A stretch of 64,000 bases of DNA, taken from contig NW_003314290.1 in NCBI RefSeq assembly GCF_000143415.4, positions 731,111-795,110 on the forward strand, in the 5' to 3' direction. Numbering within the stretch: the first letter of the stretch is position 1; each line of letters starts with the position of its first letter. Source of the stretch: Selaginella moellendorffii. Taxonomy: Eukaryota; Plantae; Lycopodiophyta. Below the pieces are notes generated by a model. That model was not told where the DNA came from and did no database searches. It saw nothing but the letters and a program-made list of their open reading frames with translations. The position numbers and the translations under genes were made by a program. Positions 50,492 through 62,601 of the stretch are shown piece after piece.

Positions 50492-52408
50492 TTAGCTCGA
50501 GTAGAGGCAGCGCTGGAGCTTCTGTCCATAGAGCGAGCCAGCGCAAGCTTGGATCATCTTTGTGAGACGATTTGGAGTTACAACCGGAGGAGCATGGCGC
50601 GGCGTAACGTACTTTGGATGCTGCGAGTTCTTCCCGAGGAGGACGAACTGATGGAACGTAGAACCGCCAAGATAGAGATCGTTTCTCGACTGAATCGTCG
50701 ATGATTGATCGAGAGCTTTGGAGGCACCTGGAAACCACGGCGTAACCTCACGCCTACGGCCGGGAATGAATGCGTTGCTCTCGGACAGGATCTGTGCGTT
50801 TGCTCTTCCTCCGATGGCGTAGTATCCCCAGTTCGTGTAGAGATTGTTGACAACGTGACAGTATCCCAACCTGTAAGAAAGAATGTAAGCAAGAACGAAA
50901 ACTCTTGTGGAAGTTCTCGCACGGACTAAGCTAAAGCGATCTAAGAACTTGCAAAGGATTGTGTTACCTGCAGTGAGGCATCCTTTGCATCGAGTCTCTA
51001 AACCAGTTCCGGAAGATGGTCACGCGCATGTTTCGATCCTGCAAGTCCGCATCCGAGGCACCGAGCAACATGTTGAAGTTCTTGTTGGAAAGATAGCAGT
51101 TTGAGATGGTCACGTCAGTCGATCCCTGGACAACCGAGACGAGGCCGAGCTTCGCGTCCGAGGACGTGATGTGATCCACCCAAACGCCCCTCGAGGATCC
51201 AAAGATGTGGATTGTATCCGTCTGTGGCACTCGAGAGATCTCGAAGTTGTGAAGGATAACGTTGCTGACACCGCCGAGAACGAAGCATTTGTTGGTAAAG
51301 ACGACGTTCACTCCACGTCCATCAACCGTGGTGGAGCTCCGGATCCACACCATGTCGCGGAGGACTATAGTCATGCTCCGAGCAAAGGTGATCCAAACCC
51401 CTCCGTTTCTCCCGTTGGCCAGCTGAGCTCCATAACGAAAGGTGCCGCGCTGTGGCCGAGATGGATTGTCGTCGGAGCTTGTGACCGTGTACATGGTACC
51501 CCTGGCTCCCCCAGTCACACTCCCAGCATAGCCGATAGCACACTTTGGTAACTTCTTTCCTTTCCCACAGTTCGAGAACTGGCAAGTTGTCCCCTCCACT
51601 TTGCACGAGTCCCGGACTCCAACACCTGCGAGCAAATATCACTATTAAAAAATGAAGACAAACGATGCTTTCTTGCCTTCAAACTCCACCGATTCCGTGC
51701 TGGGAAATTCACTCGGAGGTGGTGTTAGCCCGCTCACGGTGATTTTCGCTTCGTCTATCTGAGAGAGTGCTTTCTGGACGAGATATAGCAGAGGTCTGGT
51801 AGCATCACCCTGCAAAGTCAATAGTTATGAGAACAAAATATTTACCAACTCGAAGCTCGAGATCTTACCGAATTGTCCATTGAGAGAGCGGAAGAACACT
51901 GCGCCAAGCTTCTCTTTGCGTTGCCGAGCTTGTCAAGTGTCTCGTTGTATTTCAGCTCCAGCAGGAAAGTCACGCACCATGCAAGCTCGCCGTTGGCCGA
52001 GTACAAACTGGCCTTGCATTCCTCCGTCGTCTCGATCACCCGAGCCCGCTGGAGATAGAGCTGTGCTTCTTCGAGACTTGCCAAGGCTTCCTTCTTCATC
52101 AACTCATCGTCTTTGTCAGGCGAAGAATCCCCGGCCGACGGAGATGGAGCTCCTCCCGGAGATGGCTGAAGCTTTTCCGACTCTGGCATTGTCATCCCCT
52201 CCGGAAGAGAACTATCGGCTTCCTCTACTTGACCACCTTCTGCAAGCCTGTTCTCCAGCGGGGCGAACACATCGCTCGGCAGCGAATCCTCTCCCTCAGG
52301 CTGCCCGATCATGTCGTCCAGATTTTTCCCACCACCATCAGCTTGACCCGAGCTCAGCTCCGCCAAAACCAGAGCAAGAGCACAGAAAAGCACCGCTCTG
52401 AGAGCCAT
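50492..52408 (-). CDS. Secreted pectate lyase-like (PL1) protein with an N-terminal acidic linker and helical (PMEI-like) extension
   Basis: Signal peptide; CAIGYAGSVTGG, WITFARSMTI, TVDGRG, VWVDH, MLLGASD, QRMPHCR|WGYCHVVNNLYTNWGYYAIGG. Confidence 0.88.
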
Positions 52409-52737
52409 TCCGCAGAGAAGATCCAACAAAAATTGCAGGAAAGTCCTCCAAGATGAGATATATACCCATAGCCTGCAAAATCTGTTGGTGGTCACCCTTC
52501 CATCACACTAGCACCTATTGATGTTCCTATCACACGAACTTGAAGAGACACCACCTGGAATCCGAGTTATTTTCATTTCTTATTCGCACAGAGATCCACC
52601 ACTGCGAAAGAACCTAGGGAAAACCCTTGGAGATCACGACGGATTCCTGCGATTTTCCCAGACGACAGAAAGTCTCGAGGAGGAAAATTTGGAAACATAA
52701 CAAAACAGGAATTTGGAAAGCTTGCAAAGTTACCACA

Positions 52738-53347
52738 TCAGTAGTTTTGAGGATGATCGAAGTTTTGCTCTCGCTCCTCCACCGGGATAAGCCTATCCCA
52801 CTCTTCAAGCCAAGGAAACTCTCGCAGTGGCTTCTCAAAGTATATAAGTTAGTCCAAGAAGACACCACAAACTCTACGATCACTTACATAAGGCCTCTTA
52901 GAATATTTAGCTCGGTAGTGTGCAAGAACCCCGAGTATGGCGAAGAAAGACAGTCCAGCGCAACACATTCCAAGAGCTTCCCACTGCAAAACACGATCTA
53001 GCTAGAAAATCGAAGAAAAAATGCATACCTTATCTATATCAGTAGGATCCTCGTCAACACGCTCCCCTCCCCACCACAGCTCATACTCTTCGGGAACCTG
53101 AGATAAAAACAAAGGATCACAGTAGAAGGGAGACATCACACGATTTCTACCTAGAGATAGCTACATTATCCCAGATCGAGCAAGAAAAACTTACAGGGGC
53201 GGAGACTTCTTCTTCCGGCGGCAGCGGCAATCCCCATCCGCCGCTCCTGGTGCGCATTGCGCTCAGCGGCTGCCTGATCGCTGCGTTCCTTCGCATCGCG
53301 GAGCTGAAATATTTGGCCGCTGTCGCCAGACCGCTGCTCCCCGCCAT
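52738..53347 (-). CDS. Mitochondrial complex I subunit NDUFB8/ASHI-like, 4 exons
   Basis: MAG..transit..GWGLPL, ELWWGGE..DEDPTDIDK|WEALGMCCAGLSFFAILGVLAHYRAKYSKRPY matches the layout of plant B8 (ELxW...KYEAL..L.GGL.FF..LG.LA...SK.PF); the sequence is divergent. Confidence 0.7.
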
Positions 53348-54229
53348 AGCTATAATAAAAACCCTCTTCTCTAATAGGTATATTCCGTCAGTTAAACACC
53401 TGCAAAGAAATATTAATATACATAAAACTAGTAGGGATAGGAGTAATAGAGAATATAAACGTTCTCAATGTCAGTGTGTGGAGAGCAAAAAACACAGCTA
53501 GCATGCCTTGATTCCATGGAATTTTTATCTTGGTAGGAGATATTGAACAAGGAGAACTCTGACTTGAGAAACTTTGCCATGACTTAGATGCCTCCATGTT
53601 TTTATTCTTGAAGATTTGGTTTTGTTATAACAAGTAATTTTGTCCATATTAAGTTTCTGAGTTTGTGTTGAAGAATGAAGTGCATAGTGGATGGGTTGAA
53701 AAAGGTCAGAGACAATCTAGAGGAGTAAATTGTTTTGAGGGTTATAAAATTAGATTCTAAACCTAATACTATTGTGAGAAAGATTTGTGTAACTGATGGA
53801 AATGAAGTTATGGAAGCATATGCATCCTTTTGTATGGCAAATGCCATTAGTTCTTGGGCTATTTGAGAAAATAACCTCATAGAACTTATTAATTATGCAT
53901 TTTGTGAGATTGACATTAAATAGTAAGCATATGTTTGTTTTTTCATTTTCTTTTTTTACTGTGACTATTTATTCTTTGTGTTATAAGTCTTTGATAATTT
54001 TTGACGTTTTTGACATGGAGTGTGGGGTTTGGAAGCATATCCCTTAACGCCATTTCTATAGAGGAGTATAAAGGAGTGAGTGTAGTTTTTATTTGTTTAA
54101 GAGTTTAGAAATGTAACAATGTTTGTTTGTTTTTGCAAATGAAAAAACATACATGTGATGGAATTCAAAAGGTTCATGTATGTGTCATTAAAATATTAAT
54201 TATGTTACATCCAGTTTATTACAGGGAGA

Positions 54230-55480
54230 AAATTCTAGGAGGCAAGGAATAAAAGTCCCTCATAAGAAAGATAAACAATACTTTATATGTTTGGTCTTTC
54301 CATGGAAGAGTGATTCACAAGGAAAGACTTATAGTCATGGCAAATTTTTTTTCTCATTTGATATTGTAGACATCGAGTCTTTAGAAATTTGTGTCATTTA
54401 TTTTGGTGTAGTTGCAAAATCACTACATTCAGATATTATTCTGGATAAGGTTTACATGTTTTTGGTAGTGGTGGTATACAACATTCGAAAAGTCAATATA
54501 CTCCTTTTAAATCAAAATGGGAGATATTGGCAAGTAAGAACATGGTGTACAACATTCAATTTAATGATGTAGGATTTCCAAATATTGTCTTGGATAGGAA
54601 AACTATTTTGGAAGTACCAAATATGGAACTAGATACTTTTGTGGATGTGGTTGGTGTTGTTACATTATTTGGACTGACAAATGTTACATGCAAGGATTCT
54701 GGGGCTCTCATTAAAAGGAGGATGTTATGTTTTGGTGATTAATTAGAAATGAGTATTGATGTTTGTCTTTGGGACTCTAAAGCTGAAAAAGAAGGGTCAA
54801 CAATACATGAAAAGTTTGAAAGAGGAGAAAAGTAGTTCTTGTGTGTAAAAGGTGGTAAAATATCGGAATACAATGGGAAGTCAATATCTATTATAGGAGC
54901 TTCAACAATTTTATTTGATGCTGATTTAGAGATTATAGCTCGAGTACGTGCATGGTATTCAATAACATTAGATTCCACCAGTTTCATCCATGTCACCATA
55001 TCATCAGGCTCTACTTCGGCTATTTGTACAACACAATATAAAAAATGATGGGACTTAATCTCAAGGTTATGGAGAGTTCAAACACTTACAGAATTACTGT
55101 TAATGCATAGATACAGCTTGTACAGAAGTTGTTAATGGTAGGAAATGTGGCAAGAAAGTCTCAAGTCTATGTGAAAATGTTTGGTTTTGCAATTTATGTG
55201 ATTTAGAGATTCAGAAGGTTGAGCATAAGTTTGCATTGCATGTGTGTCGAGGATAGCTCTTAGTACGTTTGGGCAGTTGCATTTTAGGAGGCTGCTCGAG
55301 AAATAGTTGGTTTGCCAGCAAAGGACTTTGCATCTATGCGTGATGAGAATTATGACATTTTTTAAGCACATTTGGATGCTGTGTGTTCAAAGATTTATAC
55401 TCTCAAGGTTCATTGTAAACTTGAGAGTTACTAAGACTCCAAGAAGATGAAATTTTATATGGCTTGGATTTGTGAGGTAA
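54230..55480 (+). pseudogene. Decayed RPA1 (RPA70)-like gene, probably Helitron-borne
   Basis: OB-fold A (FSFDIVD..EICVIYFG), OB-fold B (VDVVGVV..IDVCLW..VKGGKISEYNGKSIS..VRAWY) and a Zn-binding OB-fold C (AC...KCGKKV...WFCNLC); stops and frameshifts. Confidence 0.8.
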
Positions 55481-57094
55481 TTTCAATGGAATGATTCAGC
55501 AATTGAGTAATTTCTATCTTTTTTTTTATTCTCTTTTATTTTTATATAAACAGGATTGCTATGCAAGAAGAGTTAGATTTTGTAGAAAATTTGTATGTTG
55601 ATTGTAGTAATAAGTTGTAGTTCCATTCTGAAATAATTTTTTTAGAAGTTAAGTGGGAAAACATCCAACACTGTGATTGCTTGGATGAAGTACAATAGAG
55701 ATAGGCAATTTTAATCCTCTACCTAAGCATCTTTATTTACTTTTAGCCAGCCAGTATAAGGCAGTGACTTTGAATATTCTTTACCTAGCAGCCATAGCCT
55801 TGCTTACCAATGATCTTATAATGATGTTTTCTATGGTAGCAACAATGAGACTAATTAAAGCTTTAAATGCAATACTTAGATGTTTTATCCTCATTCACAT
55901 ATATTAAACATTGCCATCAAACTCTTCGAGTGGATGGAGGTGGCGACATGCTTTTGGACGACAGCTTCAGCACCAGCAGCATCATATAGCTGCTTGACGA
56001 GTTCAACAAGAGTGTTGTCCAAGGCAGCAGTGAGCAAGAGGATGAGCAAGGATGACTTTGGCAGCATCATTCTATAGTGTATAATTCTTGCATAATATGC
56101 ACAAATCTACTACAAAATGTGTTGTTTAGCTCTTTATTATTATTTAATATGAGTAGTTATTTTTGTTTCAAATAGCTTCACTTGAAATTCATAAGCTATG
56201 TAATCCAATTGCAATGAAGAATCAATGAACTATGGTAGCATATGGTAGTAATCCATGTTACTCGATGCTATCAATGCAGCACGTAGATGTTCAATGCTAC
56301 CATAGTTGGTAGTGAGGAGCATCACATTGTCATGATCCACTCCTGTGATCCACATCGAGTGCAGCAGCTGGATGCCATGATCCAGATCGCTGTTGTTTGA
56401 GTGGCCGGCAAATATTGTGTTCCATAGCATTATGTCCGGATTGGCGATGTTGGAGAAGAGAGCCTATGCTCATTGGAGCTGAGTAGATGTTGAATATCGC
56501 TGTGAGAGACAGCTGATCTGGTTGTGTTGTCATGGACTGGGTCATGGAGTGGAAGTGATCTATAGAGCTCAGATCCCAAGACACCAAAGAAGGAAATTTT
56601 TCTGTGGTACCACAGCAAGTAGCTGGTCATTACCTTTGGGTCAAATGGCAAAATGACAAACTTCCAATTCTCTGTTTAGCTCTTCCAAGTCTAGTATGCA
56701 AAACAAATGAAAGAAACGGCTTGAGCAACATTTACCAACCAAAGAATTTGACGATGATCTAAGCAAATGCCAAAACAAAAGAAAGAAATGGCTTCAACAA
56801 CATTTACCAACCAAAGAATTTAACATGATGATCTGAGCAAATGCGAGGAAGTATCACTTCTTTCTTGCCTCAGCTGGCACCTCCTTGCTTTATAGAAAAT
56901 CTACTAAAAAACCTCACAAATGGTTACTATCTTACATTGTAGTGAATAGCTGTCCACCAGTTTGCATCCATTCTAATCTTCATGTTGTTCTATGCCATAT
57001 ACTGGAGTTTGATCTTGCAAAGAGGGTTGCAGATGGGAAGATCACAGCCAAAGCAAAGATATATTAGAAATTGAGCAAAAAAGAAACAGTAAAG

Positions 57095-57250
57095 TTGGTT
57101 TTTTATCCAATTGAGACGACCACCCTCTGCTTTAGTGTAAATGTCAACCATGTATTGTTGAGATAATTTTCCACCCATTAAAACTGAATTAAATTCAATA
57201 ATCTTAAAACTATCTACCTTCATTTCCATTTGGAAAAAGCAGTGGGTATA
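57095..57250 (-). mobile_element. Helitron Rep (Helitron_like_N) fragment, cut by the LTR element insertion
   Basis: NSVLMGGKLSQQYMVDIYTKAEGGRLNWIKNQ matches the G.L.QQY.VD.Y.K.E..RL..I..NQ motif. Confidence 0.75.
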
Positions 57251-58165
57251 TGTAAGGAACCAACTCCCCGAGGTGTCGTATGCTAAAGGATCCCTGAAAG
57301 CATGACTGAAATGACAAAGAGTTCATCGGATGGGACCGAGTCTGAGATCAAGTCCAAAACTGACTCTGAGACTAAGTTCGAGATAGAGTCCAAAATCGAG
57401 TGTGCATCTCCTTGGGGGGGGGGGGGGGGGGCTGTAGAGGGTTCCAAAAGTATAGTAGGGATAGTGAGGTCCAGGAACCAGTCTTGAAGGAACTCTCCAA
57501 TGGTGTTTCCAAACTGACTTGAGGTTGAGATTGGGGCCGAGGGGCTTTGGGTGGGAGTGAGCATGGACTCGGGTGGTGCCAGAGGGGCCACCCAAGGAAG
57601 TTCTTAAGAGCAACTCCCACTCCCGAAAGGGAGACCGACTACGGTGCTCCCGACTTATGTAGAGTGGTGCCCCATTTGAGTACCTTGTGGCTTATTAATC
57701 CTCTCCCTTCCTAAGGGCTTGGGCCTTCCCTTCGGGATGGAAGTGGGGGGTAGAGGTACCCATACCGGGCTGTTAGGCCATGGTGTTCCGCCCCGGTGTC
57801 CCGAAGCAAGTGTTTCATCCAAGGCTTGGGATTTAGAGGGTCCCATGATCAAGTTTTGTTATACCAAGGGATGTTAAGAACCTAGAGGCTTAGTGTGCTT
57901 AACTGCTTATGCCTGCGGGGAGTGTAGCCGAACCTTAAGTCTAGTCTAACTTGGGAAGGGGGATTGGGAGAGATTTGGGAATCCGTGGATGGATGGCTAA
58001 CACTTTGTTGCTCGTGCAATGAGTAGCTGAAACCAAGTAGGACCAAGTAGGAGCTAGTACAATAGACGGGAACCTTGGCGAGGGAACTTAGCAAAAGCCA
58101 AGGCAGTGTTGGTCGGATAGATGAGGTAAGTTGGCAAATTGGAAAGGAAAAATTTGTGGCTTACA
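57251..58165 (+). mobile_element. 5' LTR of a chromovirus (Ty3/gypsy)
   Basis: TGTAAGG...GCTTACA; homologous to the LTRs at 63387+ and 6013-7371. Confidence 0.95.
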
Positions 58166-58168
58166 ATT

Positions 58169-58180
58169 TGGTATCGGAGC
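58169..58180 (+). promoter_or_regulatory. Primer binding site (tRNA-iMet)
   Basis: TGGTATCGGAGC, one mismatch from the canonical TGGTATCAGAGC, 3 nt after the LTR. Confidence 0.88.
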
Positions 58181-61100
58181 CTTTTCCTTAGTTCTAGCAA
58201 AGGATAGAGGCGGATTGCTGGGAGATGGCAAAGGCAAGGCAGAAATGAACCAAGGCGGAGACAAAACCTCCTCTAGAACTGGAGCCTTTGGTTGAACAAG
58301 AGGCTATGGATGAGGAATCCTTGCATGATGAGGACTTTAGTGAGGAAACTTCCAAACAGGAGTCCGATGGTGAGGTTCGGTTGTCTAAGGCTCGATTGGA
58401 CGTTCTGGAAGGACAATTGGCATAAACCAATGCCCTGCTGGAGACTCTCGTATGCAAGCTAAAGCGTGACGAGAAGTGGAAGAAAAAGAGAATGACTGCG
58501 AATGTTGGCAGCACAGAAGGTGCGGACCCTTCAGTATGGACTGAGGCAAAACCAAACAAGGTCGAACAGACTGAAGTGGAATAAGTCCCTCAGGCAGTTC
58601 CCAAGTACAAACCAAAGCCCCCACCGATCTTCAAGGGAGTGAACGATTATAAGGTGGTGGAGGATTAGTTTTACGATATGGAGGACTACTTCCAAGCGTT
58701 GCGGTTACCGAGCTCGGAGAACATCCCATGTGCAAAACCATACTTGGCAGATAATGCCAAATCTTGGTGGATAGCAACGGAGGCCAACGAAGGACCGGTG
58801 GCCACTTGGGAAATGATGAAGGCGAGGATCCGCGTGACATATGTTCCTCCAAATGCTACTCTGCACCTAAGGGATGAGCTGAGTAGGCTGAAGCAAACCG
58901 GAACCAATCAAGAGTATGTGAATGGATTTATGGCAAAAAGGATACTGGTCACGGATATGGGTGATATGGATGTGTTCCATGCCTTCATATCAAGCTTGCA
59001 AACTTGGGTTCGCAGCGAGGTGATGCGTTAGAACCCAACCAATTACAAAAAAGTGTTGGATGTGGCTATCAAGGTGCATTTCAACAATAACCTGCGAAAG
59101 GGGAACACGACGGGGTCGGGGTCCACGTTTAGCAAAGGGGCCAAACCAAGGGGAATATATAGCAAAGGGAAATTCAAGAAGAGTTTCTCTAAGAATGAGT
59201 CCTCGGGGTTTCGGAAAGGCAGATCCGGTGGCCAGCGAGCGAGTACATGGGGGAGTCAAGCAGAAAAAGACAAACCCACAGATAAGAAGGGCAAGTTAGT
59301 TAGCAGCGTGGGAAAAAACATATGCTACAACTACGGTGAAGCGAGACACTTCTCGAGGGAATGTCCCTACCTGAAGAAGGCTAGAGCCAATATGGCCATT
59401 AAGTCGAGTGAAATCCAAACTAAGGTATGTGATCTAGTCCCTAGCTCAAAGTTACTCATTACACGAGCAACTTTGGTAGAAAGTCATTTGCAACATCTAC
59501 TAGCCCTCCGAGGGAAGCTTGGAGGTAGCTTTGTTAAAATCCTTATTGACACAGGTGCTTCGGATAATTTTGTGGCTGCAGATATAGTCCGGCAAGCCAA
59601 ACTAACGGTGCAGTGGCTGAGCGAACCAAGGACTATAGAGTTTGTTCAAGGCAGCCAAAGCACCAATGAGGTACTTCAACAAGCGAGAGTCGAAATAGGG
59701 ACATAGAAAGTAGACATGGATTTCACCGTGTTGGACATGGCGGGATTTGACATAATTTTCGGGATGGATTGGTTCAATCGGTTCGTGTTAGCTTTGCATA
59801 GACAAAGTAAAAACCTTGTGGTACTAACGAATGCCCAAGGAAGGAGATCTAGGGTGAAGGCCTAGGATCTAAAGGTAGGGCAATGCAAGGCTAAAGATTC
59901 CTACCTAAACCTAGTGTCCATGAGAGGACAACTCACTAAAGGAACCAAGGTAGCATTTTTCTGCTTACTCTCGGTGAAGAGTGACAAAAAGATGGGAATG
60001 GAAGAAGTACCTTTAGTGATCCAACAGGTGTTGGACCAATTCCAAGATACCATGCCAGAGCAGCTATCAGCAGGGTTGCCCCCCGCATGACCTATAGAAC
60101 ATAAGATTGAGTTGGTCGAAGGTGCCAAGGTGGTGGTTCGTCCCCCTTATCGTTTGAACAAAAAGGAACTCAAGGAGCTCAAGCGCCAATTAAAGGAATT
60201 GGTGGACAAAGGGTATGTTAGGTTGAGCAAGTCGCCATATGGGGCGCTGGTGTTATTTGTGAAAAAGAAAGATGGATCTATGCGCATGTGCATAGACTAC
60301 CGGTTGCTCAACAAGTATACAAAGAAGAACAAATACCCTTTGCCAAGGATTGAGGACTTGTTCGATAGGTTGGGAAAGGCAAAATACTTCTCGAGGATTG
60401 ACCTAAGGTCAGGATACTACCAGATTAAGGTAGCAGAGGAAGATATCGAGAAGACAACCTGTCGAACAAGGTATGGGAGCTTTGAGTTTCTGGTGATGCC
60501 CTTTGGGTTATGCAATGCGCTGGCAATGTTTTCGGCGTTGATGGACCACATCTTTGTACCCTATCTGGATCACTTTGTGGTCGTTTATATTGACGACATC
60601 TTGATCTATAGCGAAACGCTAGAGGAGCATGCCGAACACTTGACGAAGGTGTTTGAAAAACTAAGGGAACACCAGCTATATACTAAAAAGAGCAAATATG
60701 ACTTTGCTCAACAAGAGGTAAAGTTTCTCAGGCATGTCGTGGGCAAGGACGGGCTCAAGGTGGACCCTGAGAAGGTCTAAGCGATCTACGATTGGGAACG
60801 ACCATCGAATGTACACGAGTTAAGGGCATTCTTGGGGCTATGCAACTACTACCGAAAGTTTATCAAACACTATTCAAGAGTAGCCCTGCCTTTAACGGAC
60901 CAAACAGAAAAAGGGAAGATGGTATGGATAGCGGAATGCAAGGCGGCATTTGTCCACCTCAAAGGGAAATTGAGGAAGGCTCCCGTGTTGGCGTTACCAA
61001 ACTTTGGTAAGGACTTTGAGGTAGAAATGGATGCTTCGGACTTTGTGTTGGGTGAAGTGTTGAAGTAGGACAACCATCCAGTAGCGTTCTTCTCAAAAGT

Positions 61101-62085
61101 TGGACAAGGCTTAGCAAAAGTGGCCTGCCCACGAGAAGGAATTGTTTGCGGTGGTCAAGGCGCTCAAGGAATGGAGACATTTCCTTAGGAAACACTTCAA
61201 GGTTTACACGGACAACGTGGCAATGAAACACTTCTTGTCACAACCCGACCTGAGGGGGAAACAAGGTCAGTGGGCCAATGCTTTGGCTGAGTTTGATTGC
61301 GAGATTCTGTACAAGCCTGGGAAGAGCAATATTGTGGCGGATGCGCTAAGTCGAAAAGCAAGCTTGAAGTTGGCAATATCCAACGCGACAACAACCTTTT
61401 GGGATGATATGCGGACCGTATACGAGAACAATGGTCTAGCACAAGAAGTGTTTCTCAGGAATCTAGAGGCACAGGAAGCTCACTAGAGAGGTGAGCTACT
61501 AACGGAAGAAAAAACAGGCTATGCAAAACGCAACGGATTCATCTATTACAAGCAAACGAGGGTGTATGTTCTAGAAAGGGAACTAAGGAAAGTAGCCTTA
61601 GAAGAGTGTCATGACGGACTTCTTGCGGGACACGGGGCGATGGGCTTACTCAAAAGAAAGTACCACTAGCCAGATATGGCTAAGGCCATCCAAGATTATA
61701 TAAAGACATGCCTAACATGTCAGCAGGTCAAAGCCGTGACTAAGGCTAGTGGGGGCTTGTTACAAAGCATCCCAATTCCAGATCGTCCGTGGAAATGTCT
61801 TACGATGGACTTCATCACGGCACTCCCCCCACGTGAGGGGTTTGATGCGATATTCGTGGTGATGGACCGATTTTCGAAAATAGCACACTTCATACCCACC
61901 ACAACGAAGGTGGATGCAGAAGGTGTGGCAAAGCTGTTCTTCGAACAAGTGGTTCGAGTGTGGGGAAAGCCAAAGGAGATCATCTCAAATCAAGATAAGA
62001 TCTTCACCAGCAGATTCTGGAGAACTTTCTTTGGAACAGTATTGCACCAAGTTGAAATTCAACACAGCCTATCACCCACAGACAG

Positions 62086-62132
62086 GTATTTAGTATTAAG
62101 TCAAGTTGAATGGCACTAACACTTCTTGATAG
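62086..62132 (+). other. Spliceosomal-type intron (47 nt) within the integrase core
   Basis: AG|GTATTT...CACTAAC...TTGATAG|AT; removal gives HPQT-D-GQTERVN. Confidence 0.8.
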
Positions 62133-62550
62133 ATGGACAAACAGAAAGGGTGAATAGGTAGTTGGAGGATTATTTGCGATGCTATGTATCGGGAGACTAG
62201 ACTGATTGGGTAAGTTATTTGGGACTTGCGGAAATGTGCTATAACAACTCACCACACTCAAGTATCGAGGTGAGTCCATGGGAAGTCATCAATGGGCGAG
62301 CTATTGAAGGTCCTATAGAACTCGGCGTGGCCGAGTATCATGGAGAGTTACCCGCAGTGGAAGCATTCACGGCGGAAAGACTCAACATTTGGAATCTAAT
62401 GAGGGATTCCTTGGAACGGGCTCAACAAAGGCAAACCAAGTACGCGAACTAGAAGTGCCGGGATGTGGAGTTCCAAGCTGGGGAGAAGGTGTGGCTGAAC
62501 ACTAAGAACCTCAGGCTACTAAGTGGGATTAGCCGGAAGTTGACCCAAAG

Positions 62551-62601
62551 GTAAAATGCATATATTCTTGTAAATGAATTGATCTTAAGTTCCTTAAGTA
62601 A
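62551..62601 (+). other. Intron-like insert (48-51 nt) within the integrase GPY/F region
   Basis: AAG|GTAAAA, AT-rich, with an in-frame stop. Removal gives KLTQRFAGPY (51 nt, acceptor TAA, presumably a mutated TAG) or KLTQSKFAGPY (48 nt, AG at 62597-62598). Confidence 0.68.
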
